Positions 29,719 through 39,046 of a stretch of 64,000 nucleotides of DNA are shown piece by piece. Each line of letters opens with the position of its first letter. The stretch's first letter is position 1. The stretch spans positions 128,001 to 192,000 of the forward strand of contig JBFWJC010000005.1 of assembly GCA_050253415.1 (NCBI GenBank). Reading direction: 5' to 3'. The position numbers and the translations under genes are program-made. The notes under the pieces are model-generated. The model saw only the letters and a list, made by a program, of their open reading frames with translations. It did not search any database and was not told the origin of the DNA. Source of the stretch: Pedobacter sp. (GTDB lineage Bacteria; Desulfobacterota; Desulfuromonadia; Desulfuromonadales; Syntrophotaleaceae).

Positions 29719-30030
29719 TTAGTTTTGTTGCATTTGGGGACAACTGTCGATGCAACTGTCGTTATACTCTTGGCAAAGTCCCTCACAGAGTTGGATTTCA
29801 TCCTCACACGCACTGATGCAGGAAGCATAGTTGGCAGGGTCTGACATACATTCCCGGGGACAACTTCTGCCAGAACGGCAAGGGCCAAGACAACTTGCCA
29901 GTTCGGTACCACAGTCTCTCACGCAAGCAGGATCTTTCCCGGCAATACCGGCGTGAGAGAATCCTGCAGGCAAAAAAGACAAAGCAAAGGTTGATAATAA
30001 AATAAAAAAACACATGCCATATTTATCCAT
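29719..30030 (-). CDS. Secreted Cys-rich protein (103 aa; six CX3C pairs)
   Basis: GGGAG RBS, signal peptide ending SHA, 12 Cys in the mature part, all in CX3C pairs. Confidence 0.72.
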   Translation of the reverse strand: MDKYGMCFFILLSTFALSFLPAGFSHAGIAGKDPACVRDCGTELASCLGPCRSGRSCPRECMSDPANYASCISACEDEIQLCEGLCQEYNDSCIDSCPQMQQN

Positions 30031-30167
30031 GGTTTTCTCCCTTTGGGGGTAAATGATTTTGCCGAAATAATAGCCGGTTTTAAAAAAATCGCCACAGAAA
30101 TATATAGCGCAACGCTGCCATTTTTTGAGAATATTATTTTGGGATAACTCAGATGGAGGAGGCTGTT

Positions 30168-30503
30168 ATGAAACCGATATTTTTTATCATTTTGGCATTG
30201 CTGATAGCCGTGCCGGGTGTGGCTGGAGAGGGTATGCCTGAGAGTATATTGGGGTTGCATACCGATTTTGCCGCTGGACAGGTATTCGTTGAGGTGGTCA
30301 GTGGTGGTTGCACGATCAAAGACGATTTTCGCAGTTCATTCATCGACGATACTCTGACCCTGCTTAGAATCCGACAAGATGACTGCAAGGCCCTGCCTCA
30401 CAAAATTACCATCGCGTTCACACTTGAGGAATTGGGTATAAACCCGTATCAGCCTTTCAGGCTTGCTAATCGCATTGTTGTGAATGAAGGTATGATGAGG
30501 TAA
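30168..30503 (+). CDS. Secreted hypothetical protein
   Basis: GGAGG RBS, signal peptide, SGGC...DDCKA pair of Cys. Confidence 0.7.
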   Translation: MKPIFFIILALLIAVPGVAGEGMPESILGLHTDFAAGQVFVEVVSGGCTIKDDFRSSFIDDTLTLLRIRQDDCKALPHKITIAFTLEELGINPYQPFRLANRIVVNEGMMR

Positions 30504-30564
30504 TAAATATTTCCCGGAGACTTTAAAAATACTGCAACCGGGAATTTTAACAAAAGGTATTGTC

Positions 30565-30984
30565 ATGACGCATAAGGGGCACATAACTCCGGGTAGGCTG
30601 AGTATAGCCCAGGCAAAAATCGGTATCGTTGTCGCTGCATTGTTTCTGCTGTTCGGCCTGGCCTTTGGCTTCGTCGTTCTGAATGAGACACCCGATTCCG
30701 AAGCCGGGCTGAAAATTCTGATGGGAGGGTTCTTTCTCCTTTGGGTGGTGGTCTGTATCGCAATGATCATCTTTTACGTGCGGATGCTGTCCAAATCGAT
30801 CAATCCCGAAGATCAGTCGCTGGTGGATTTCCAGTTTGAGGCCTCTGGCGTAGCAGATACCTCCGGCCGTGATAATGACTTTGCCGGGCGCTTGCGCCAT
30901 CTGGAAGAGTTGAAGCGGGACGGGCTGATTACCGAGGCGGAATACCGAGACAAACGGGCGCAGATCATGGCAGAGAAATGGTAA
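30565..30984 (+). CDS. Two-TM protein with C-terminal SHOCT domain
   Basis: RLRHLEELKRDGLITEAEYRDKRAQIM is a SHOCT pattern. Confidence 0.8.
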   Translation: MTHKGHITPGRLSIAQAKIGIVVAALFLLFGLAFGFVVLNETPDSEAGLKILMGGFFLLWVVVCIAMIIFYVRMLSKSINPEDQSLVDFQFEASGVADTSGRDNDFAGRLRHLEELKRDGLITEAEYRDKRAQIMAEKW

Positions 30985-31664
30985 GGGCGTTTCCAATGCG
31001 AACGATCAAGAAGTCTACGAAGTGGCTGCCTATCCTGGTGTTGGCGCTGGTCTCCTCAATGACAGCATGTGCCAGCGGGAACCTGGCTGGTGAGGAGGCA
31101 CATGTTTACCAGCTTTTAACCCTCGAACCGTATTTTTCCTGCAATATTCCGGCAAGCTGGGGAAGGGAAGAAGGCGATAGCTCGTTCGGACTTTCCCGGG
31201 AAGAGAAAAAAGTTTACAGCATCACACTGCATGAGTCCGGGACGGGTGTTATTCCGGTCCGTATCTCTATCACCTTTTACGCCAAAGGAAACCAGCTGGA
31301 GGACTCCCCGGATACTTACATCCGTCGCCACGCCCGGCCGCTTTTCGTGTTGAAGGAGGGAGACGTCTACGGCCCGGTTACGGATACCTACGTCACGGGA
31401 AGAAATGCCCAGGTTTTTGAACGGCAAAAGAATGAATTCGTACCGTATTTTCCTCTCGATGGCATTGAACCTCCTACCGATGATATCAGGGTTTACGAAC
31501 GCCGTGAAAGGATGGCGCGGCCGATTCCGGTCCGGGAGAAGTTCGTGGTAATCCCTGTCAATTCCGGCTTCTATGCCCTGCGTTATTCCGCCTCTGCGGA
31601 GCAATTCGAGCAGTTTTTGCCTGATTTTGAGCAGGTTACAACAACCTTTCATGTGCTTCAGTAA
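30978..31664 (+). CDS. Hypothetical lipoprotein
   Basis: Lipobox MTAC; overlaps the upstream stop; start may be 30996. Confidence 0.65.
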   Translation: MVRAFPMRTIKKSTKWLPILVLALVSSMTACASGNLAGEEAHVYQLLTLEPYFSCNIPASWGREEGDSSFGLSREEKKVYSITLHESGTGVIPVRISITFYAKGNQLEDSPDTYIRRHARPLFVLKEGDVYGPVTDTYVTGRNAQVFERQKNEFVPYFPLDGIEPPTDDIRVYERRERMARPIPVREKFVVIPVNSGFYALRYSASAEQFEQFLPDFEQVTTTFHVLQ

Positions 31665-31701
31665 GTCCGGAGCATTTCTTATTGTATCCGGGGAGTCAAC
31701 C

Positions 31702-32046
31702 ATGGGAACGTTGAAACAGCAAATCGCGGAGGATTTCAAAAAGCTGCCGCTGATCCTCGGAAAATTGCTGGGAGGGATAGCAGCGGTGTTGGGATTTGTG
31801 ACCACAATCTGGGTCCTGTACCGAAATCCGGAAAGATCGGGAGACGTCATTCTGTTCCCGCTCCTTTTGGGAGGCGCAGGGGTTGTTATCTTTGTTCTGA
31901 CCGGCAGAAGTCTGTCCGGACGATCGACTGGACCGGCTGCAAAAGCCGAGGGCCGCGACAAAACCCGGATGAATCTGCTGACATGGGCGCTGTTCCTGCT
32001 GTTTGCAGGCATATTCCTGGCCTGTAGTTATCTTCTGACCAGGTAA
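31702..32046 (+). CDS. Hypothetical three-TM membrane protein
   Basis: GGGAG RBS before ATG 31702; three hydrophobic helices. Confidence 0.65.
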   Translation: MGTLKQQIAEDFKKLPLILGKLLGGIAAVLGFVTTIWVLYRNPERSGDVILFPLLLGGAGVVIFVLTGRSLSGRSTGPAAKAEGRDKTRMNLLTWALFLLFAGIFLACSYLLTR

Positions 32047-32299
32047 AATCACTTCGGCGGTCGATTCAGGTATGGGACTCACCTTCAAGGCAGGCAGGCA
32101 CCCGCAACGTTCTACCTTTACGTATTATGCGCTGTTCTCATACCTTGCCCTTAACCGTGCGGTATGAAATGATTAGCATATGGTTTTACTCACCTTATGT
32201 AAGTGTGTTTGCGATTAGCCTCCTGGTTGTAAATCATAGTAGACGCCAGCTTTTTCGTTCACTGTAACGTCCTAATCCAGCATATTGGAGTGCATCGCG

Positions 32300-33688
32300 A
32301 TGGATGGTAACAAGAAAGAAGATTCCAAAGTTCATACGATGACCGAAGCTATCCTGGAGAGCATATCTGACGGGGTTTTTACGGTGGATATGGAATGGCG
32401 TGTTACATCGTTTAATCGGGCCGCCGAAGAAATCACCGGTGTGTCACGGGAGGAGGCGATTGGTCGCCGCTGTTCCGAAGTGTTTCGTTCCAGTATGTGC
32501 GGGGCCGCATGCGCGCTTAAGCAAACCATGAAGGCTGGCGAACCTATTATCGGCAAATCCGGATACATCATCAATGCAGATGGCGAACGTATTCCCATTA
32601 GTATTTCTACTGCTGTTTTGCGTGATGCCGGTGGCAAGGTTATCGGTGGTGCGGAGACCTTTCGTGATCTTTCAGAGATCGAGGCACTGCGTCAGGAACT
32701 CGGAGAGAAATTTCGAGCGGGCGAAATGACCAGTCGAAGTCCTTTGATGCAACGCGTGTTTGAAATTTTGCCCGCCATTAGCTCCAGCCCCAGCACGGTA
32801 GTGATCCTCGGCGAAACCGGTACCGGCAAGGAACTGTTGGCGCGCACCATTCATGCCCTAAGCCCGCGTCATCGAGCCCCCTTCATTGCGGTCAACTGCG
32901 GAGCTTTACCCGACACCCTTTTGGAATCGGAATTATTTGGTTACAAAGCCGGGGCCTTTACTGGCGCAAACAAGGATAAGCCCGGCCGGTTTGCGTTGGC
33001 CAAAGGTGGGACCCTCTTCCTCGATGAAATTGGCGAGATAAGCCCCGCTCTACAGGTCAGATTGCTGCGTGTGTTGCAGGAAAAAACCTATGAACCTCTC
33101 GGAGGAATTCGTTCCGAGAGCGCTGAAGTTCGAGTCATCGTGGCCACCAACAAAGACTTGGCCAGCCAAGTCCGTAAAGGTCTTTTCCGGGATGATCTTT
33201 ACTACCGATTGAACGTGGTGCGAATCGAACTGCCTCCGCTTCGTCGACGAAAAGAGGACATCCCTCTGATCGTCGACCAGTTTGTGTCCAGGTTCAACCG
33301 GCTGCAGCAAAAATCCGTGAAGGGGATAACTTCTGAAGCGTTATCTCTGCTTATGGCCCATGATTGGCCCGGCAATATCCGGGAATTGGAAAATGTCATC
33401 GAGCGAGCCTTTATTCTCTGCAGTCAAGGGGATATTGGCATCGAACACTTGCCCAGGGAGTTGACAGGCCATGGAGCCGCCGCGGACTCGGATTCCGATA
33501 TCCGGTCAGCCCACGATATTCTCGACGCCCAGGCCATTCGTTCCGCACTCGAACGAAATGCTTTCAATCGATTGGCGGCAGCGAAAGAGCTCGGTATCCA
33601 CAAGACTACGCTTTTCCGTAAGATGAAAAAGTTGAGCATTCCTCTCCCCGAACAGGATGGCCGCGCCAACCGCAAGAAGATAGAGTAG
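32300..33688 (+). CDS. orpR: PAS-domain sigma54 enhancer-binding protein, OrpR-like
   Basis: PAS domain with C-X8-C-X3-C ([14 protein letters not shown]), [29 protein letters not shown], Fis HTH; lies next to an orp-type cluster. Confidence 0.8.
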   Translation: MDGNKKEDSKVHTMTEAILESISDGVFTVDMEWRVTSFNRAAEEITGVSREEAIGRRCSEVFRSSMCGAACALKQTMKAGEPIIGKSGYIINADGERIPISISTAVLRDAGGKVIGGAETFRDLSEIEALRQELGEKFRAGEMTSRSPLMQRVFEILPAISSSPSTVVILGETGTGKELLARTIHALSPRHRAPFIAVNCGALPDTLLESELFGYKAGAFTGANKDKPGRFALAKGGTLFLDEIGEISPALQVRLLRVLQEKTYEPLGGIRSESAEVRVIVATNKDLASQVRKGLFRDDLYYRLNVVRIELPPLRRRKEDIPLIVDQFVSRFNRLQQKSVKGITSEALSLLMAHDWPGNIRELENVIERAFILCSQGDIGIEHLPRELTGHGAAADSDSDIRSAHDILDAQAIRSALERNAFNRLAAAKELGIHKTTLFRKMKKLSIPLPEQDGRANRKKIE

Positions 33689-33716
33689 CTACTTCGCACC
33701 TGTTGCACACCTCTCA

Positions 33717-33736
33717 GGGTAGCGTAAAGGCTACTC
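33717..33736. promoter_or_regulatory. Candidate upstream activator site for the OrpR-like protein
   Basis: Near-palindrome GGGTAGC-N6-GCTACTC about 85-100 bp upstream of the sigma54 site; related half-site GAGTAGC at 33683. Confidence 0.45.
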
Positions 33737-33820
33737 AATCCCCTTCCAATATCAGTTAGACCACCCTTAAAGATCTGTATATTCGGTTAGTTATAAATCG
33801 TTTGGCCATCGGCTGAGATT

Positions 33821-33836
33821 TGGTATTGCACTTGCT
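33821..33836 (+). promoter_or_regulatory. Sigma54 promoter of the orp-type operon
   Basis: TGGTAT-TGCAC-TTGCT (GG-N10-GC), about 43 nt before the first ATG. Confidence 0.7.
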
Positions 33837-33878
33837 CTATAACATAGTGTGGACCATGACCAGTACCCAAGGGCTTAA

Positions 33879-34487
33879 ATGATGAAGATAGCATTTGCAC
33901 ACTGGGAGAATCGCATCGCACCCGTGTTCGACACCGCGGGGCAGATCTACGTCATCGATGCCGAATCAGGGCACATTGTTACGGAGGCGAAGGAACCTCT
34001 TGCTGAGGGCCCGCTTGTTCGGAAAGTTCTTCGACTCGTTGAATTGGGTGTCGGCACGTTGGTTTGCGGTGCGATTTCCAGGCCGATGTACGAGCTGGTC
34101 AGCGCTTACGGGATACAGGTGGTTCCGTTTGTGGCAGGTGACCTGAGCGAGATCATTCAGGTCTGGCTCAGCGGCAATCTGGATAGCGATACCTATACCA
34201 TGCCGGGTTGCGGTGGACGGGGAGGCCGGCGATTCCGGTTGATGCAAGAGGGACGCGAGGAGGAATACGGCATGAATCAAAGTGGACGTGGCATGGGAGC
34301 AGGCGGTGGCAGGGGACAAGGTGGACAAAAGCCTGGCCGTCCCGGTCGTATGGGTGGCCAAAAGACTGCTGGCCCTATCGGCGACTGCGTTTGTCCACAA
34401 TGCGGAGAGAAGGAGCCACACCAACGTGGCGTACCTTGCTTCGAGCGCAAATGCTCAAAGTGCGGAACTATCATGGCAAGGGAATAA
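33879..34487 (+). CDS. NifB/NifX-family domain fused to a Gly/Arg-rich linker and Cys-rich zinc-ribbon tail
   Basis: RIAPVFDTA, LVCGAIS, MPGCG; C-terminal CVCPQCG...PC...KCSKCG. Confidence 0.8.
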   Translation: MMKIAFAHWENRIAPVFDTAGQIYVIDAESGHIVTEAKEPLAEGPLVRKVLRLVELGVGTLVCGAISRPMYELVSAYGIQVVPFVAGDLSEIIQVWLSGNLDSDTYTMPGCGGRGGRRFRLMQEGREEEYGMNQSGRGMGAGGGRGQGGQKPGRPGRMGGQKTAGPIGDCVCPQCGEKEPHQRGVPCFERKCSKCGTIMARE

Positions 34488-34517
34488 CCGACAAACTCAA
34501 GAAAGGAGAAGCCTATT

Positions 34518-34865
34518 ATGCCAAGAGGAGATGGAACAGGACCGAGGGGAATGGGATCAAGGACTGGACGCGTAACTGGATTCTGTGCGGGTTTTGAAAT
34601 GCCGGGTTATGCGAATTCCGTCCGGGCAGGGGGGGGCGCGATGCGTTGTGGCAGAGGTCGCGGATGGCGCAATATGTTCTATGCCACCGGTCTTCCGGGG
34701 TCGGCGCGATTCGGCGGTTATGGGATGCCTTATGGTCAGTCGGACCGCCCCGATGCGGAAATGCAAAAACATCTTCTTAAGAGGCAGGCTGAGGACCTGC
34801 AGGACGAGCTGAATTCGGTCAAGAAGCGCCTTGCAGAAGTCGAAAGTAAAACCGTAACGGAATGA
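34518..34865 (+). CDS. DUF5320-like Gly/Arg-rich protein with C-terminal coiled coil
   Basis: MPRGDGTGPRGMGSRTGR..GFCAG..PGY; GRGWRNMFYATGLPG; AAGGAG RBS. Confidence 0.8.
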   Translation: MPRGDGTGPRGMGSRTGRVTGFCAGFEMPGYANSVRAGGGAMRCGRGRGWRNMFYATGLPGSARFGGYGMPYGQSDRPDAEMQKHLLKRQAEDLQDELNSVKKRLAEVESKTVTE

Positions 34866-35023
34866 TCACCGTTCGAGGCAAGCAACCTACCACTGCTGCG
34901 CCGGCTCGATATCCAGCGCTGCAGTGGAGGTTGTCATGCTTGGAAGTGATGGAAAATGGATTAACAATGTGGCTGCAAGCCACCGATTAACCAATATTTA
35001 TAGCGTGATAAAAAAGGTCTGAA

Positions 35024-35467
35024 ATGAAAAGAATTGCGATCATCATCTGTAATCGGTACCGGGATTGCGGTGGTGGAAAATGTTTTCGGGCTCTGCGCGA
35101 GCGCCACGGTGGTTTTTCTATGTATGGTGCCGATGAGGTTGTCGAAATTGCCGGATATGCGAGTTGCGGAGGTTGTCCGGGTGGGAACGTGGAATATGTT
35201 CCCGCAGAGTTTATCAAGAACGGATGTAACGTCGTACATTTGGCCACCGGGTTGGTGGTGGGGTATCCACCGTGCCCTCATATTGGGCAGTTTAAGGAAT
35301 TTATCGAAAAACACTATGGAATGCCCGTGGTAGTTGGAACACATCCAATACCTTTAAAGTATCTGGAGGCTCACAACCGAATGTCATTCTGGGAACAGGC
35401 TGCCATGCAGGATTTCGCAGGCCATCTCATGACGGAAAAGCGCGACATCATGGAATCATACAATTAA
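35024..35467 (+). CDS. CGGC-domain protein
   Basis: IIICNRYRDC..KCF, SCGGCPG, YPPCP, VVGTH. Confidence 0.85.
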   Translation: MKRIAIIICNRYRDCGGGKCFRALRERHGGFSMYGADEVVEIAGYASCGGCPGGNVEYVPAEFIKNGCNVVHLATGLVVGYPPCPHIGQFKEFIEKHYGMPVVVGTHPIPLKYLEAHNRMSFWEQAAMQDFAGHLMTEKRDIMESYN

Positions 35468-35489
35468 TGCAAACAACAAGGATGGAATA

Positions 35490-35852
35490 ATGAAAATCGC
35501 ATTCTCAACATCAGGAAATGAACTTAATGCTCCTCTGGATACTCGTTTCGGTCGAGCTCTTAAATTTCTTATTTACGACCTGGAAAATGAGACCTTCGAT
35601 TTGGTCGACAATAAGCAAAACCTGAACGCAGCCCAAGGCGCCGGTATCCAGTCAGCAGGCACCGTGGCCAGAACTGGAGCTCAGGCTCTGGTTTCCGGTC
35701 ACTGCGGTCCCAAAGCATTTAGTGTTCTGTTGGCGGCCGGGATCAAGGTTTTCTATTCCGATGTGTCGACCGTTGCCGACGCACTCGATGCATATCGACA
35801 GGGAAAACTTATCGAATCCAAAACTGCCGACGTTGATGGACACTGGGAATGA
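35490..35852 (+). CDS. NifB/NifX-family protein (orange protein ORP-like)
   Basis: DTRFGRA, AQGAGIQ, SGHCGPKAF, VDGHW. Confidence 0.88.
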   Translation: MKIAFSTSGNELNAPLDTRFGRALKFLIYDLENETFDLVDNKQNLNAAQGAGIQSAGTVARTGAQALVSGHCGPKAFSVLLAAGIKVFYSDVSTVADALDAYRQGKLIESKTADVDGHWE

Positions 35853-35946
35853 AATCTTTGACGCGGGCACTTTGCTTCGCTCATGCGAACGGGCTTGAAC
35901 TTACGGTTACGATCGGCATCCAGGAATGCCGAAAAGGAGGGGCTCT

Positions 35947-36795
35947 ATGATTATCGCTGTGGCTTCGGGTAAGGGGGGGACCGGTAAGACGACCGTGTCC
36001 GTCAACCTGGCTCGCATGCTCGAATCCAATGTTCAGCTTTTGGACTGCGATGTGGAAGAGCCCAATGCCCATCTTTTTTTGCAGGCTGAACCAAAAGAAC
36101 AGACCGTAGTCACGATTCCCGTTCCGCAAGTGGATGAGGGCCTTTGTGACGGCTGCGGCGAGTGCGCCAAATTCTGCGAATACAATGCCATTGTTTGTTT
36201 CGGCACTACGCCGCTTATTTTTCCCGAGATGTGTCACGGATGCGGCGGCTGCGCCCTGGTTTGCCCGAAAAAGGCGATTGGCGAGATCGACAAGCGTATC
36301 GGCATGGTCGAGACTGCGATGGCGCAGAATATCACCCTGATCCAGGGTCGGCTTGACGTAGGGGTGGCCATGGCTCCGCCTTTGATCCGTGCGGTAAAGG
36401 CTCGCCTGCAAGATGGTGTGACGGCGATTCTGGATGCACCTCCGGGAACCTCGTGTCCGGTGATCGCCACCATGCAGGATACCGACTTCGTTATCCTCGT
36501 CACGGAGCCCACACCCTTCGGGCTGCACGATCTCAAACTCGCCGTGGACATGATGCAAGAAATCGGCATTCCTTTTGGGGTGGTGGTCAACCGGTACGGG
36601 GTTGGCGACAACCGGGTGCATGTGTTTTGCAGCGAATTTAACATTCCCCTTCTTTTGAACATCCCCGATGACCGGCGGATTGCGGAAGCCTATTCCCGAG
36701 GGGAATTGATCGTTGATGCGTTGCCGGAATATCGGCGGCTGTTCCAGAGTTTGATCGACAAAACCATGCATCGGCAGAATAACCCGGGTGCCTGA
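35947..36795 (+). CDS. MinD-superfamily P-loop ATPase with inserted 2x[4Fe-4S] ferredoxin domain (1)
   Basis: SGKGGTGKTT, DCDVEEPN, CDGCGECAKFC, CHGCGGCALVCP, DAPPGTSCP; AGGAGG RBS before ATG 35947. Confidence 0.9.
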   Translation: MIIAVASGKGGTGKTTVSVNLARMLESNVQLLDCDVEEPNAHLFLQAEPKEQTVVTIPVPQVDEGLCDGCGECAKFCEYNAIVCFGTTPLIFPEMCHGCGGCALVCPKKAIGEIDKRIGMVETAMAQNITLIQGRLDVGVAMAPPLIRAVKARLQDGVTAILDAPPGTSCPVIATMQDTDFVILVTEPTPFGLHDLKLAVDMMQEIGIPFGVVVNRYGVGDNRVHVFCSEFNIPLLLNIPDDRRIAEAYSRGELIVDALPEYRRLFQSLIDKTMHRQNNPGA

Positions 36796-36854
36796 GCCAG
36801 GGGGGGGATGTATCGAGCGGCATCAAGTACGCACAGGGATAGGGAGCGACAGAT

Positions 36855-37730
36855 ATGCAAGAGTTGGTAATCATCAGCGGCAAAGGCGGAACAGGTAAGA
36901 CCAGCATAACAGCGTCCTTCGCCGTTCTAGCCGATCGACCGGTCATCGCTGATTGTGATGTGGATGCTGCGGATTTGCACTTGATCTTTTCACCGCGGAT
37001 AAAATCCAGATACGCATTCCGGGCCGGGCATCAGGCTGAAATCCGTGAAAAAGAATGCATTGGCTGTGGTGCCTGCATGGCGCATTGCCGTTTTGATGCG
37101 GTTAGAATGATTCCAATAGACGCAGGGAATACGACTTTTTCCATTGATCCGGTTGCATGCGAAGGGTGTGGGGTTTGTGTGCGAGTCTGCCCGGAGCAGG
37201 CTATCGATTTCCCTGAGGGATTTTGTGGTGAATACATGATTTCAGATACCCGCTGTGGACCCATGGTTCACGCCCGTCTGGGTGTGGCCGCTGAAAATTC
37301 CGGGAAACTGGTCTCTACGGTTCGCCAGGAAGCCCGTCGAATTGCAAAGGAGGATAATCACCCTTTAATCATCGTAGATGGTCCCCCGGGGATTGGATGC
37401 CCCGTAATTGCCTCGGTGACCGGGGCATCTAGAGTGTTGGTCGTTACGGAACCTACCGTGTCCGGAGAGCACGATTTGGAACGCGTGCTTTCCTTGACCC
37501 GGCACTTCCAGATTCCTACGGCGGTCTGTGTGAATAAATGGGATATCAACCCCGAGATGACGGTCCGCATCGAGGATAAGGCACGCCAGGCAGGCGCACG
37601 TATCGTCGGTCGTATCCGCTATGATCGCTCAATAACCCAAGCTCAGATGCTGGAAAAAGCGGTCGTGGAAACAGCGGCTCCCTGTGTCGAGGATATTAAA
37701 GCCATCTGGAACCAACTTGGATTCCAATGA
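36855..37730 (+). CDS. MinD-superfamily P-loop ATPase with inserted 2x[4Fe-4S] ferredoxin domain (2)
   Basis: SGKGGTGKTS, DCDVDAADL, CIGCGACMAHC, CEGCGVCVRVCP, ENSGKLV, DGPPGIGCP. Confidence 0.9.
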   Translation: MQELVIISGKGGTGKTSITASFAVLADRPVIADCDVDAADLHLIFSPRIKSRYAFRAGHQAEIREKECIGCGACMAHCRFDAVRMIPIDAGNTTFSIDPVACEGCGVCVRVCPEQAIDFPEGFCGEYMISDTRCGPMVHARLGVAAENSGKLVSTVRQEARRIAKEDNHPLIIVDGPPGIGCPVIASVTGASRVLVVTEPTVSGEHDLERVLSLTRHFQIPTAVCVNKWDINPEMTVRIEDKARQAGARIVGRIRYDRSITQAQMLEKAVVETAAPCVEDIKAIWNQLGFQ

Positions 37731-37792
37731 TTGCAGAGACTGTTCTTGTTTAAAGGGAAAGACGCTAAACCTGTAAAAAGGAGAATAATCAC

Positions 37793-38131
37793 ATGAGAAT
37801 CGCGATCCCATTAGCGAATGGCCAGCTCTCTATGCACTTCGGTCACTGCGCGCATTTCGCTCTCGTCGACGTTGACGCAACCGGAAAAAATATTCTGAAG
37901 CGAGAGGACATCGAAGCGCCTCCCCATGAACCTGGTCTTTTACCACCATGGTTGGCAGAACGCGGCGTGACCATGATTATTGCCGGAGGAATGGGGCAGC
38001 GCGCTCAAGATATGTTCAGTGAACAGGGGATTACGGTGTTGGTGGGAGCTATTGCTGAAAGTCCGGAAAATCTGGTGACGGGCCTCCTGGAAGGAACGCT
38101 GCAAACAGGAGAGAACGTTTGTGATCACTGA
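37793..38131 (+). CDS. NifB/NifX-family protein
   Basis: HFGHC, PPHEPGLLP, IAGGMG, NVCDH; AAGGAG RBS. Confidence 0.88.
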   Translation: MRIAIPLANGQLSMHFGHCAHFALVDVDATGKNILKREDIEAPPHEPGLLPPWLAERGVTMIIAGGMGQRAQDMFSEQGITVLVGAIAESPENLVTGLLEGTLQTGENVCDH

Positions 38132-38236
38132 CGGTAAGTGAGTTTAATTTTCCGGGCACTGAATCCGTCCGCTTGCAAGATTGGAATGGAGATCCGTGCA
38201 GGGAACCGTTCGGTTGATAAACGAGGAGCGAACATA

Positions 38237-38428
38237 ATGGATGAAAATTTTGAGGCTACAGATATCCAAACAGGTTTTCATCCTGAGGGCTATCGTATAG
38301 ATAAAACCGCCTCGCCAATGAATATTTATACAAAATGGCAAATTACGCCGGAAGGCAAATGGATTAACCCGAAACCGACATGCTTTGATTCAATGCCGCA
38401 GCAAGGTTGGTATAAAGAGAAAATATAA
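38237..38428 (+). CDS. Small hypothetical protein (63 aa)
   Basis: GAGGAG RBS before ATG 38237; same strand as the operon. Confidence 0.55.
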   Translation: MDENFEATDIQTGFHPEGYRIDKTASPMNIYTKWQITPEGKWINPKPTCFDSMPQQGWYKEKI

Positions 38429-38611
38429 CCGGAAGGAGCCCAGGGGTAGATACTCAAGCCCCTGCGTTTCTTTATGATCGAACAGCGGCCAGGTCTTCGG
38501 AGATGGAGCGATCACCGTGGCATCCGGAAAACATTTGACTTCTGATATGCAGTGAAACAGGCGCATCGATCCCTGTACTTTACACAACAACAGCTAAAGG
38601 AGACGATTGTT

Positions 38612-39010
38612 TTGTATACCGACCTGGTAATAGATCATGCCATGAATCCGCGAAATATCGGGGTCATTGAGGGTGCGGATGCCATCATAAAGGTTGGCGA
38701 TCCAAAGTGTGGCGACAGTCTCCTGCTTTTTCTCAAATTCTGCAATGATATCATCAGCGATGCGAAATTCATGATAAAGGGGTGCCCCGCTGCCATCGCA
38801 ACGTCTTCCATGGCAACCGAAATGGTAAAAGGGATGACGCTGGAAAAGGCACTTGAGCTAACCGACGATCAGGTCGCCGATGCTCTGGGTGGTTTACCGG
38901 AAGTGAAAATACACTGTTCGTCTCTCGCTGTTGGTGCTGTGCATGCGGGCATAAAGAACTACACCTCATCCTGCGGTAACAATGATCAGGGTGTGGGGGA
39001 GAGCGCCTGA
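38612..39010 (+). CDS. IscU/NifU N-terminal-type Fe-S scaffold
   Basis: DHAMNPRN, KCGD, GCPAAIA, KIHCS; AAGGAG RBS before TTG 38612. Confidence 0.88.
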   Translation: MYTDLVIDHAMNPRNIGVIEGADAIIKVGDPKCGDSLLLFLKFCNDIISDAKFMIKGCPAAIATSSMATEMVKGMTLEKALELTDDQVADALGGLPEVKIHCSSLAVGAVHAGIKNYTSSCGNNDQGVGESA

Positions 39011-39046
39011 ATCTGACCAGTCTGACTCCTGACAGAAATAGCTTAG

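Noticed and set aside
29338..30030. Multiheme cytochromes or radical-SAM RiPP precursors
   Set aside because: No CXXCH motifs and no maturase nearby; both carry Sec signals.
30100..30125. Sigma54 promoter for the 103-aa Cys-rich gene (TGGCAGCGTTGC)
   Set aside because: GG-to-GC spacing is not the required 10 nt.
29300..32100. Integron cassette array
   Set aside because: No attC-like RYYYAAC...GTTRRRY structures were recognised, there is no integrase, and gene orientations are mixed.
33879..39010. Nitrogen fixation cluster
   Set aside because: Only NifX-like and NifU-like domains; no nifHDK, nifEN or radical-SAM NifB.
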